From NCBI GenBank assembly GCA_002269645.1, contig NIVC01002712.1, positions 1 through 64,000 on the forward strand: DNA of 64,000 nt. Direction: 5' to 3'. Position 1 is the stretch's first letter. The number at the start of each line of letters is the position of its first letter. Positions 46,777 through 58,600 of this stretch are shown here, piece after piece. This DNA comes from Macrostomum lignano. Taxonomy: Eukaryota. Below the pieces are notes generated by a model that saw nothing but the letters and a program-made list of their open reading frames with translations, was not told the origin of the DNA and did not search any database. The position numbers and the translations under genes were made by a program.

Positions 46777-48588
46777 ATTGGGGCGATTCTCATAGGAGAT
46801 TGAATTGTGGGGGGCGATTCTCATGGGAGATTTACATTGAAGCGATTCTCATAGGAGATTGACTTGTTGGGGGCGATTCTCATGGGAGATTTACATTGAA
46901 GCGATTCTCATAGGAGATTGAATTGTGGGGGGCGATTCTCATGGGAGATTTACATTGAAGCGATTCTCATAGGAGATTGAATTGTGGGGGGCGATTCTCA
47001 TGGGAGATTTACATTGAAGCGATTCTCATAGGAGATTGACTTGTTGGGGGCGATTCTCATGGGAGATTTACATTGAAGCGATTCTCATAGGAGATTGAAT
47101 TGTGGGGGGCGATTCTCATGGGAGATTTACATTGAAGCGATTCTCATAGGAGATTGACTTGTTGGGGGCGATTCTCATGGGAGATTTACATTGAAGCGAT
47201 TCTCATAGGAGATTGACTTGTTGGGGGCGATTCTCATGGGAGAATTACATTGAAGCGATTCTCATAGGAGATTGACTTGTTGGGGCGATTCTCATGGGAG
47301 ATTTACATTGAAGCGATTCTCATAGGAGATTGAATTGTGGGGGCGATTCTCATGGGAGATTTACATTGAAGCGATTCTCATAGGAGATTGACTTGTTGGG
47401 GGCGATTCTCATGGGAGATTTACATTGAAGCGATTCTCATAGGAGATTGACTTGTTGGGGGCGATTCTCATGGGAGATTTACATTGAAGCGATTCTCATA
47501 GGAGATTGACTTGTTGGGGGCGATTCTCATGGGAGATTTACATTGAAGCGATTCTCATAGGAGATTGAATTGTGGGGGGCGATTCTCATGGGAGATTTAC
47601 ATTGAAGCGATTCTCATAGGAGATTGACTTGTTGGGGGCGATTCTCATGGGAGATTTACATTGAAGCGATTCTCATAGGAGATTGAATTGTGGGGGCGAT
47701 TCTCATGGGAGATTTACATTGAAGCGATTCTCATAGGAGATTGACTTGTTGGGGGCGATTCTCATGGGAGATTTACATTGAAGCGATTCTCATAGGAGAT
47801 TGACTTGTTGGGGGCGATTCTCATGGGAGATTTACATTGAAGCGATTCTCATGGGAGATCTAAATTGGGGCGATTCTCATAGGATATTTACATTGGGGCG
47901 ATTTTCATAGGAGATTTACATTGGAGCGATTCTCATGGGAGATCTAAATTGGGGCGATTCTCATGGGAGATTTACATTGGGGCGATTTTCATGGGAGATC
48001 TAAATTGGGGCGATTCTCATAGGAGATTTACATTGGGGCGATTTTCATAGGAGATTTAAATTGGGGCGATTCTCATGGGAGATTTACATTGGAGCGATTC
48101 TCATGGGAGATTTACATTGGAGCGATTCTCATGGGAGATTTACATTGGAGCGATTCTCATGTGAGATTTACATTGAAGCGATTCTCATAGGAGATTGAAT
48201 TGTGGGGGCGATTCTCATGGGAGATTTACATTGGAGCGATTCTCATGGGAGATTTACATTGGAGCGATTCTCATGGAAGGTTGAAGTGTATGGTGGGGCG
48301 ATTCTCATAGGAGATTGAAGCGTGGACTGGGGCGATTCTCATGAGAGATTGAAGTGTGGGGTGGGGCGATTCTCATGGGAGATTGCAGTGTGGGGTGGGG
48401 CGATTCTCATGGGAGATTGCAGTGTGGGGTGGGGCGATTCTCATGGGAGATTGAAGTGTGGGATGGGGCGATTCTCATGGGAGATTGCAGTGTGGGGTGG
48501 GGCGATTCTCATGGGAGATTGAAGTGTAGGATGGGGCGATTCTCATAGGAGATTGAAGTGTAGGGAGGGCGATTCTCATAGGAGATTT
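46777..48588. repeat. 59-bp higher-order dimer array grading into ~28-31-bp monomers
   Basis: GCGATTCTCATGGGAGATTTACATTGAA alternating with GCGATTCTCATAGGAGATTGACTTGTTGGGG. Confidence 0.95.
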
Positions 48589-49151
48589 TAATATATTTCC
48601 TGGAAAAAAACAAACGCTAAAGTCAAAAATACGATTTAAGCTGACTGATAACATTTTTTAGTAGTTATTGATTAGCATATAAAATCGGTTTGCATTTTAA
48701 AACAATTAACTCGTGGAAGATTAAAAAACAAGCTGACCATAAATGTAATGTTAACAGTGAAATTGATAATCACATTTGATTGATACATTGTAGGCTATAA
48801 GATAACAGTTAAGACTAGGCTAGATGCCCGCAAACCAATTAACAGAGATTTTATAATTAGCATAAAAATTAATATAAGCATATGTATATATACATTTATT
48901 CAGTGATGACGCCTGACTCTCTACTTGTATTAATACTACTGACAAAAGTAGCGACTGTGGAATCAAAATATGAATGGCAAGTATTGTTTCTTTTGACAAA
49001 ATTTAAAAAAAAAGACCCAGAACTGCTTGAGAAGTACTTGTAATTCGATAGACAGAATGCTCAGTCAATAATGAATGACGTCTACACATTCTACTCTTTG
49101 TCGATTGATAAAAACTAACGATTTGACTTTAATAAAAAAAATTCTTGCACC

Positions 49152-50067
49152 TCAAATAGCCAGCGCGAACACATTCACAATAGCGTGCATAGTTTTGCTC
49201 TCCCACTTGATGGTGCAGGATCCGTCAGTCTGGCTGTCCCAGAAACACGAGGAGGCTGTGTGCAGTCCGGCACCATTTTTCTGCATGATGACGCAGTTGA
49301 CCACGTATTTGAATGGCTTCTCTGTGGGGTGAGATCAATGGGTACTGTACATCTCTGTAGATCAATGGGGAATGTACATCTCTGTAGATCAATGGGGAAT
49401 GTACATCTCTGTAGATCAATGGGGAATGTACATCTCTGTAGATCAATGGGGAATGTACATCTGTCTGTAGATCAATGAAGAATTTAGATCTGTCTGTAGA
49501 TCAATGGGGTACTGTACATCTCTGTAGATCAATGGGGAATGTACATCTCTGTAGATCAATGGGGAATGTACATCTCTGTAGATCAATGGGGAATGTACAT
49601 CTCTGTAGATCAATGGGGAATGTACATCTCTGTAGATCAATCGGGAATGTACATCTCTGTAGATCAATCGGGAATGTACATCTCTGTAGATCAATGGGGA
49701 ATGTACATCTCTGTAGATCAATGGGGAATGTGCATCTCTGTAGATCAATGGGGAATGTACATCTCTGTAGATCAATGGGGAATGTACATCTCTGTAGATC
49801 AATGGGGAACGTACATCTCTGCAGATTAATGGGGAATGTGCATCACTCTAAGCAGATTAACGGGGAATTAGTGGAGTAACCAACCTACTTACCAAGCCTA
49901 GTGAGATGATTCAAGCAGTGCTCAATAATTGCGGAAGTCCACTGATTAACCTTGTTCTGTTGATACTGACTAGTGCCAATGCTGGACTCAATGCCTTCCT
50001 TGATAATTTGCGATACTTCTTCAACATTGAATGAGTTTTGCAAAGCTGCTGGTGAATTGTCCTCCAT
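49152..50067 (-). CDS. DYNLT1: Dynein light chain Tctex-type 1, 114 aa, 2 exons
   Basis: Exons 50067-49893 and 49321-49152: [39 protein letters not shown]|[56 protein letters not shown]. Confidence 0.95.
49330..49855. repeat. 27-bp minisatellite filling the DYNLT1 intron
   Basis: GATCAATGGGGAATGTACATCTCTGTA. Confidence 0.95.
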
Positions 50068-50337
50068 CTGGAATCTGCGACTGACAACATGCAGCAGAAT
50101 TCGAAGAATATTATTTATTTTGTGAAACTGCATACAAAATAAGCATAAACTCGTTTGAAACTAAAAAGTCAAAGACACTAAATAATAAATTAAATAGTTG
50201 CATATTGATTTCTTCATTTTTGTATGTATCTACTCAAATTTATTCATTTCATATATTTAATTTTACAATTTTAACATTTGTGTGTTAAAATGTTACTGTG
50301 TTATATAGTAACTATATAACTGTAAACTATATGTTAC

Positions 50338-51622
50338 TGTAAAAGTACACCTTAGGATGGAGTGAGGTGGTGCAGGGGAGGGGTAAGAAAGTACACTCTG
50401 GGGTGGAGTGAGGTGGGGGGCAGGACAGGGGTAAGAAAGTACACTCTGGAGAAAGTACACTCTGGGGTGGAGTGAGGTGGGGCGGCAGGACAGGGGTAAG
50501 AAAGTACACTCTGGAGAAAGTACACTCTGGGGTGGAGTGAGGTGGCCCGGTGGGGGGCAGGACAGGGGTAAGAAAGTACACTCTGGAGAAAGTACACTCT
50601 AGGGTGGAGTGAGGTGGGGGCAGGACAGGGGTAAGAAAGTACACTCTGGGGTAGAGTGAGGTGGGGGGCAGGACAGGGGTAAGAAAGTACACTCTGGAGA
50701 AAGTACACTCTGGGGTGGAGTGAGGTGGGGGGCAGGACAGGGGTAAGAAAGTACACTCTGGAGAAAGTACACTCTGGGGTGGAGTGAGGTGGGGGCAGGA
50801 CAGGGGTAAGAAAGTACACTCAGGGGTGGAGTGAGGTGGGGGGCAGGACAGGGGTAAGAAAGTACACTCTGGAGAAAGTACACTCTAGGGTGGAGTGAGG
50901 TGGGGGGCAGGACAGGGGTAAGAAAGTACACTCTGGGGTAGAGTGAGGTGGGGGGCAGGACAGGGGTAAGAAAGTACACTCTGGGGTGGAGTGAGGTGGG
51001 GGCAGGACAGGGGTAAGAAAGTAAACTCTGGGGTAGAGTGAGGTGGGGGGCAGGACAGGGGTAAGAAAGTACACTCTGGGGTGGAGTGAGGTGGGGGGCA
51101 GGACAGGGGTAAGAAAGTACACTCTGGAGAAAGTACACTCTGGGGTGGAGTGAGGTGGGGGGCAGGACAGGGGTAAGAAAGTACACTCAGGGGTGGAGTG
51201 AGGTGGGGGGGCAGGACAGGGGTAAGAAAGTACACTCTGGAGAAAGTACACTCTAGGGTGGAGTGAGGTGGGGGCAGGACAGGGGTAAGAAAGTACACTC
51301 TGGGGTGGAGTGAGGTGGGGGGCAGGACAGGGGTAAGAAAGTACACTCAGGGGTGGAGTGAGGTGGGGGGCAGGACAGGGGTAAGAAAGTACACTCTGGA
51401 GAAAGTACACTCTAGGGTGGAGTGAGGTGGGGGGCAGGACAGGGGTAAGAAAGTACACTCTGGGGTAGAGTGAGGTGGGGGGCAGGACAGGGGTAAGAAA
51501 GTACACTCTGGGGTGGAGTGAGGTGGGGGCAGGACAGGGGTAAGAAAGTAAACTCTGGAGAAAGTACACTCTGGGGTGGAGTGAGGTGGGGGGCAGGACA
51601 GGGGTAAGAAAGTACACTCTGG
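50338..51622. repeat. ~47-bp G-rich minisatellite with optional 16-bp sub-duplication
   Basis: GGGTGGAGTGAGGTGGGGGGCAGGACAGGGGTAAGAAAGTACACTCT +/- GGAGAAAGTACACTCT. Confidence 0.95.
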
Positions 51623-52101
51623 GATGGCGTGAGTTGAAATAGACATCGCAATTGATATAAAAAGAATTTAAAATGTGTGCAAATTAAGTACAAATTAGCA
51701 AATGAAAACGGCAAATCAAGTGCGGGGTCATAAATGTATTTAAAAAATGGGTAATGCTATGCATTTGCATATAATATATTTAGAAAATATCACTATATAA
51801 GACATAAACGTCACACGCTAAACTGCAAAGCAATACTCAACAACGAATGGAATGAGCAGTTAGTTTTAAAGCACGGAAATCAAATAATTATTTTAAAATA
51901 AATCAAAACAAACAACGCAAAAACCTAAGTTGGGAGGGGAGCAAGGGATCATAAGATTTTAGCAGTTTCAATTTAGTGCCGCAGGTAGGATTTTTTCCAG
52001 GAAACCCTTCCATAGGGTCAAAGGCGTCGCTCCGGGGAATTTCATATACCAGGGGGTCAGTGCCCCCACCTGCCTACAAACACAAGAACTGCACGATTTG
52101 A

Positions 52102-53112
52102 TCATCTCCGTTTGGGTCTCGACCGCCAAAGCCACCAGAAACCGGGCAGACGACCGCTTCTAAACAGCAACTGCAACAGCAGAGGCCACAGCACCACCAA
52201 AGCAATAGTTGCAGGAGACACATTACCAAATACCGCTTGCCAAACGCTGCTACTGCTACTTCTATTAGTAGTAACTTCTAATCCATCCAATCTAGTATGG
52301 ACTCGATCTAAATCGGCTTGGAGTTGGGCGAGACTATCGCGAATTAGTCGGGTCTGACGTAGGGCTTCGGTTAGCTGAGCAGTGGAAGTCTGCTTTGGAG
52401 GCGGTTGCTGCTGTTGCTGCTTCAAGGAGGAAGGATTCTGCATAGGAGACTGCAACGTAGCGGAAGTTGTAGCAGCAGCAGCGGCGGCACCAACCAGACT
52501 GTCCACGGGTCCTCCAGGCGCAGCAGCCGACGGTCTGTCCAGACTGTCGCAGAACTCCTCACCTTCATCGGCTTCGCTTCGTTCTTCAACTCCGCCACCG
52601 CTGACGCCATTCGGCAGCAAAGCAGCAGCATCGCTGTTGTCTTCATCATTGTCCTCTGAAGACAGTTGCGAAGGTGAGGATTCCTCCACCTCAATCGGTT
52701 CATCGATGGCAAAAGTGGCTACAGGGGCGGCGGCATCTTCAGCAGCCTCATGCTGCCCCTCCTCCCCGCCGCGATCATACACAACCTCATAGAAGCTGCC
52801 TAGAGTTCCCAAGAATTTCTCCACATCCGGCGTGTGCGGCATTGTCTCGATTACTTTTTTCAATTCTTCAACGTATTCGAGCATGGCCGTCTCCTGCTGC
52901 ATGTCGCCCAAGGAGTTCCATGCGTCCCACTTGTAACGACTGACCGGATCCCAGAAGCCGGGCCGAGGCTGCCTGCACGGACCCTCAGTCGCCTGTTTAT
53001 ATAAAGAATACAGTCTTAATAACAGTTCGTTTGACGGCTTGAAGGCGCCCTCCTTTGGCAGGCTGCGAATGACGCCAACTGCTGCATCGAACTTCTCTTT
53101 GGGTGTGCCCAT
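52102..53112 (-). CDS. ACBD5: Acyl-CoA-binding domain protein ACBD5/ACBD4-like, 336 aa, single coding exon
   Basis: ACB domain (FDAAV..LYSLYKQATEGPC..PGFWDPVSRYKWDAWNSLG), FFAT-like EEFCDSLD (52537-52560), coiled coil, C-terminal TM anchor and basic tail. ACBD4 versus ACBD5 cannot be resolved by eye. Confidence 0.9.
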   Translation of the reverse strand: MGTPKEKFDAAVGVIRSLPKEGAFKPSNELLLRLYSLYKQATEGPCRQPRPGFWDPVSRYKWDAWNSLGDMQQETAMLEYVEELKKVIETMPHTPDVEKFLGTLGSFYEVVYDRGGEEGQHEAAEDAAAPVATFAIDEPIEVEESSPSQLSSEDNDEDNSDAAALLPNGVSGGGVEERSEADEGEEFCDSLDRPSAAAPGGPVDSLVGAAAAAATTSATLQSPMQNPSSLKQQQQQPPPKQTSTAQLTEALRQTRLIRDSLAQLQADLDRVHTRLDGLEVTTNRSSSSSVWQAVFGNVSPATIALVVLWPLLLQLLFRSGRLPGFWWLWRSRPKRR

Positions 53113-53169
53113 TGTCAGGGACTGCGTGAGGCATGAATGCAGATGATGGTTTGCACAGATTGCGTGTCA

Positions 53170-54315
53170 GATCCTGAGGATTTGGGATATTAAGGTGATA
53201 ATCCTGAGTATCTCGGAGATATAGATTGATAATCCTGAGGATCTGGGAGATTAAGATTGATAATCCTGAGGATCTGGGAGATTTAGGTTGATAATCCTGA
53301 GGATCTGGGAGATTTAGGTTGATAATCCTGAGGATCTGGGAGATTAAGATTGATAATCCTGAGGATCTGGAAGATTAAGATTGATAATCCTGAGGATCTG
53401 GAAGATTAAGATTGATAATCCTGAGGATCTGGGAGATTTAGGTTGATAATCCTGAGGATCTGGGAGATTTAGGTTGATAATCCTGAGGATCTGGGAGATT
53501 TAGGTTGATAATCCTGAGGATCTGGGAGATTGAGATTGATAATCCTGAGGAGCTGGGAGATTGGGATTGATAATCCTGAGGATCTGGGATATTTAAGTTG
53601 ATAATCCTGAGGATCTGGGAGATTGAGATTGATAATCCTGAGGAGCTGGGAGATTTAAGTTGATAATCCTGAGGATCTGGGAGATTAATATTGATAATCC
53701 TGAGGATCTGGGAGATTGGGATTGATAATCCTGAGGATCTGGGAGATATAGGTTGATAATCCTGAGGGTTTGGGAGATGAAAATTGATAATCCTGAGGAT
53801 CTGGGAGATATAGGTTGATAATCCTGAGGGTTTGGGAGATGAAGATTGATAATCCTGAGGATCTGGGAGATTTAGGTTGATAATCCTGAGGATCTGGGAG
53901 ATTAAGATTGATAATCCTGAGGATCTGGAAGATGAAGATTGATAATCCTGAGGATCTGGGAGATTTAGGTTGATAATCCTGAGGATCTGGGAGATTAAGA
54001 TTGATAATCCTGAGGATCTGGGAGATTAAGATTGATAATCCTGATGATCTGGGAGATTTAGGTTGATAATCCTGAGGATCTGGAAGATTAAGATTGATAA
54101 TCCTGAGGATCTGGGAGATTAAGATTGATAATCCTGAGGATCTGGAAGATGAAGATTGATAATCCTGAGGATCTGGGAGATTTAGGTTGATAATCCTGAG
54201 GATCTGGGAGATTAAGATTGATAATCCTGAGGATCTGGGAGATTAAGATTGATAATCCTGATGATCTGAGAGATTTAGGTTGATAATCCTGAGGATTTGA
54301 GAGATTCTGGGAGAA
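53170..54315. repeat. 31-bp minisatellite
   Basis: GTTGATAATCCTGAGGATCTGGGAGATTTAG; a 217-bp (7-unit) block is repeated near 53928/54145. Confidence 0.95.
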
Positions 54316-54774
54316 TCTTGAATATCTAAAAAGACCATTATTTTAATAGGGGTAATTTAAGACTCGAATAAAATGGTAAACCTGTTAGAAAATAATTTAA
54401 ACAAACCCAAAATGTTCATCAATAGTCAATAAATCAATCAATGCACTGATACCCCATGTACGTATATTTAGGCTTGTGAATATAAAAAGCGAATAATAGA
54501 GACCTAGAACATAATTAAACAAAATAATTGCAAAAATTAGTTTCATTGCAAACTCAAAGTTATTTATTTAGATACCCGGTACTGACGAAGCTACTAATAG
54601 TATTAATAGTGAATTCAGTTTATAAAACTAAAAAATTGTACAAAAAACTTCGAAATTGGTACACTTAGTAGAAAAAAATAAAAGTTTGGTCAGTAGTAAA
54701 GTTCGTTAGTAGTAAGTACAAGGAGTTACGATTTATGAATATAATGACTTAGAAACTAGGCTTAGAATGACAAA

Positions 54775-55540
54775 GGATCTGGGAAGACTATCTGCTAATC
54801 TGGGAAGAATATCTGGTGATCTGGGAAGAATATCTGGTGATCTGGGAAGAATATCTGGTGATCTGGGAAGAATATCTGAGGATCTGGGAAGAATATCTGG
54901 TGATCTGGGAAGAATATCTGAGGATCTGGGAAGAATATCTGGTCATCTGGGAAGAATATCTGGTGATCTGGGAAGAATATCTGGTGATCTGGGAAGAATA
55001 TCTGAGGTGATCTGGGAAGAATATCTGGTGATCTGGGAAGAATATCTGGTGATCTGGGAAGAATATCTGAGGATCTGGGAAGAATATCTGGTCATCTGGG
55101 AAGAATATCTGAGGATCTGGGAAGAATATCTGGTGATCTGGGAAGAATATCTGGTGATCTGGGAAGAATATCTGGTGATCTGGGAAGACTATTCGAGGAT
55201 CTGAGAAGAATATCTGAGGATCTGGGAAGAATATCTGAGGATCTGGGAAGAATATCTGAGGATCTGGGAAGAATATCTGGTGATCTGGGAAGAATATCTG
55301 AGGATCTGGGAAAAATATCTGGTCATCTGGGAAGAATATCTGAGGATCTGGGAAGAATATCTGAGGATCTGGGAAGAATATCTGGTGATCTGGGAAGAAT
55401 ATCTGAGGATCTGGGAAGACTATCCGATGATCTGGGAAGAATATCTGAGGATCTGGGAAGAATATCTGGTGATCTGGGAAGACTATCCGATGATCTGGGA
55501 AGACTATCCGATGATCTGGGAAGAATATCTGAGGATTTGA
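54775..55540. repeat. 21-bp minisatellite
   Basis: GATCTGGGAAGAATATCTG(GT/AG). Confidence 0.95.
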
Positions 55541-55651
55541 AAGGAGAATTTTCAACAAAGTTTCGAGACTATAAGCTCCTCACACATGAAAAATGGCTCA
55601 ATATAATTAATAAAAATGTCCAATCAATATCAATGAAGATTCATCAATCGT

Positions 55652-58600
55652 TCAGCTTGAGTTGAGCAGATTCCTGAGTGCTTCATCATTGGATCCCTGT
55701 AGCGGCTGACGAGCTCCTGAGCTGGCGGGACAGCGGCTGGCTGCAGCCACACTGATAGGATACTGAGGCAGGATCAGCGAGATGAACAGGGTGCTGCAGC
55801 CTTTGTACACCAGCACCACACGACCTTGCGATCTGTTGAACCGAATTAATGCGATTTTTTTTCAAGTTTGACCAGCTTTAACATTGAACACCCGAAGGGA
55901 TTTGATAGTTGGCCATCTGCACCACTCTATTAGAGCTGTTTTTTTCCTAAGCAATCGCATTGATTTGCATAGCAACTTCCCTCCAATCACTCTCAGCCCC
56001 CTATTCACTCTCAGCCCCCTATTCACTCTCAGCCCCCTATTCACTCTTAGCCCCCTATTCACTCTCAGCCAACTATTCACTCTCAGCCTCATCATATTCA
56101 CTCTCAGCCTCATTATATTCACTCTCAGCTTCATCATATTCACTCTCAGCCTCATCATATTCACTCTCAGCCAACTATTCACTCTCAGCCTCATTATATT
56201 CACTCTCAGCCTCATTATATTCACTCTCAGCCTCATCATATTCACTCTAAGCCTCATCAAATTCACTCTCAGCCCCTATTCACTCTCAGCCCCCTATTCA
56301 CTCTCAGCCAACTATTCACTCTCAGCCCCCTATTCACTCTCAGCCAACTATTCACTCTCAACCCCCTATTCACTCTCAGCCCCCTATTCACTCTCAGCCC
56401 CCTATTCACTCTCAGCCAACTATTCACTCTGAACCCCCTATTCACTCTCAGCCCCCTATTCACTCTCAGCCCCCTATTCACTCTCAGCCAACTATTCACT
56501 CTCAACCCCCTATTCACTCTCAGCCCCCTATTCACTCTCAGCCCCCTATTCACTCTCAGCCCCCCCCCTAGTCACTCTTAGCCCTCCCCTCCGATTCACT
56601 CTCACCCCTTATTCACTCTCACCCCCTATTTACTCTCAGCCCCCCTATTTACTCTTAGCTCCCCCCCCCGATTCACTCTCACCCTAGCCCAATTCACTCT
56701 CACCCTAGCCCAATTCACTCTCACCCTAGCCCAATTCACTCTCACCCTACCCCTTATTCACTCTCCCGGCTCTCACTCACTTAGGGAAGGCGGGCAAGTT
56801 GCCATTGCCCAGCAGGAATTTCACAAGGGCCAGTGGCTGATCTCTTTTAGCGCTATTTGCGTCGCTAAAAACTTGGGCGTGACGCAGCCGCACGTGATGC
56901 AAGAACTCTTGAAGGTGAAACGAGCTGTAGCCTACTGTAGCGCCATAACAAAGGAGGCAGGTGAGTTTGCAGTGAAAATTACTATGAGATTTAATAGTGT
57001 GCTTCACGCATCCTTCGATTGTTTTCTTGAACGGCTTGGCTGTCGGATTGTGCGGGCACAGGGCGCAGCGAAAGTGGCGCAATTGGCGAATCTAAAAATT
57101 AGGATGGATTATAAAATATTAATATTGAGACGGGATATAGGATCTGGGGTTTAGAAGCGAAATCTAGAAGCGATTTAGAAGCTTTAGAAAACATTAGAAG
57201 CGATTTATGACACAGATCAATTTAAGATATAGGATCTGGGATCTGGGATCTGGGATCTAGGATCTGGGATCTAGGATCTGGGATCTGGGATCTAGGATCT
57301 GGGATCTAGGATCTGGGATCTAGGATCTGGGATCTGGGATCTAGGATCTGGGATCTGGGATCTAGGATTTGGGATCTAGGATCTTGGATCTGGGATCTGG
57401 GATCTAGGATCTGAGATCTAGGATCTGGGATCTGGGATATAGGATCTGGGATCTAGGATCTAGGATCTAGGATCTGGGATCTAGGATCTAGGATAGAGGA
57501 TCTAGGACCTGGGATCTAGGATCTAGGACTGAGGATCTGGCACCTGAGATCTAGAATCTAGGATCTGGGATCTAGGATCTAGGATCTGGGATCTAGTATC
57601 GAGGATTTGGGATCTTATGATCTAGGATCTGAGATCTGGGATCTGGGATCTAGAATCTGAGATCTAGGATCTAGGATCTGAGATCTGGGATCTAGGATCT
57701 ATGAAACTATCTGGGATCTAGGATCTGAGATCTGGGATCTAGGATCTATGAAACCATCTGGGATCTAGGATCTGGGATCTGGGATCTAGGATCTGGGATC
57801 TAGGATCTTGGATCTGGGATCTGGGATCTAGGATCTGAGATCTAGGATCTGGGATCTGGGATCTGGGATCTAGGATCTGGGATCTAGGATCTGGGATCTA
57901 GGATCTAGGATCTGGGATCTAGGATCTAGGATAGAGGATCTAGGACCTGGGATCTAGGATCTAGGACTGAGGATCTGGCACCTGAGATCTAGAATCTAGG
58001 ATCTGGGATCTAGGATCTAGGATCTAGTATCGAGGATTTGGGATCTTATGATCTAGGATCTGAGATCTGGGATCTGGGATCTAGAATCTGAGATCTAGGA
58101 TCTAGGATCTGAGATCTGGGATCTAGGATCTATGAAACTATCTGGGATCTAGGATCTGAGATCTGGGATCTAGGATCTATGAAACTATCTGGGATCTAGG
58201 ATCTGAGATCTAGGATCTGAGATCTAGGATCTGAGATTTAGGATCTCACTCACCTGCATAGTAACCGGCACAATGCAGAGGTCATTTCGCGAAGAGCAGC
58301 ACAACTGCTCCAAACAGTCAATAGATGGAGTCTCCTTCAGCTTATCGCAGGAGCGGCAGACAAACACGAACACGTTAGCTAGATGAGTGGCAGCCGTCGG
58401 ATGCAAAGTTAATGACTCAGCCGGGGCCAGCGCCTTCATGGAGATGCTGGACATCGGCAAGATGCTACCCAGCTGGTGCAGAGAGTAGATTCGGTTGAGC
58501 AGATAGGTGACACTGTCTGGACTGGCGGGAACGACTTTGAATGCTAGGCTGGACGCGCAGATGGTCACCGATGCGGCACTGTTCACATCAGTGCACGGCG

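Noticed and set aside
51974-52090. Small degenerate MITE after the ACBD5 stop
   Set aside because: TIR-like ends are heavily mismatched and no TSD is visible.
55862-55990. Extra coding exon of the zinc-finger gene
   Set aside because: The phase-compatible acceptor leads to an immediate TAA; treated as intron.
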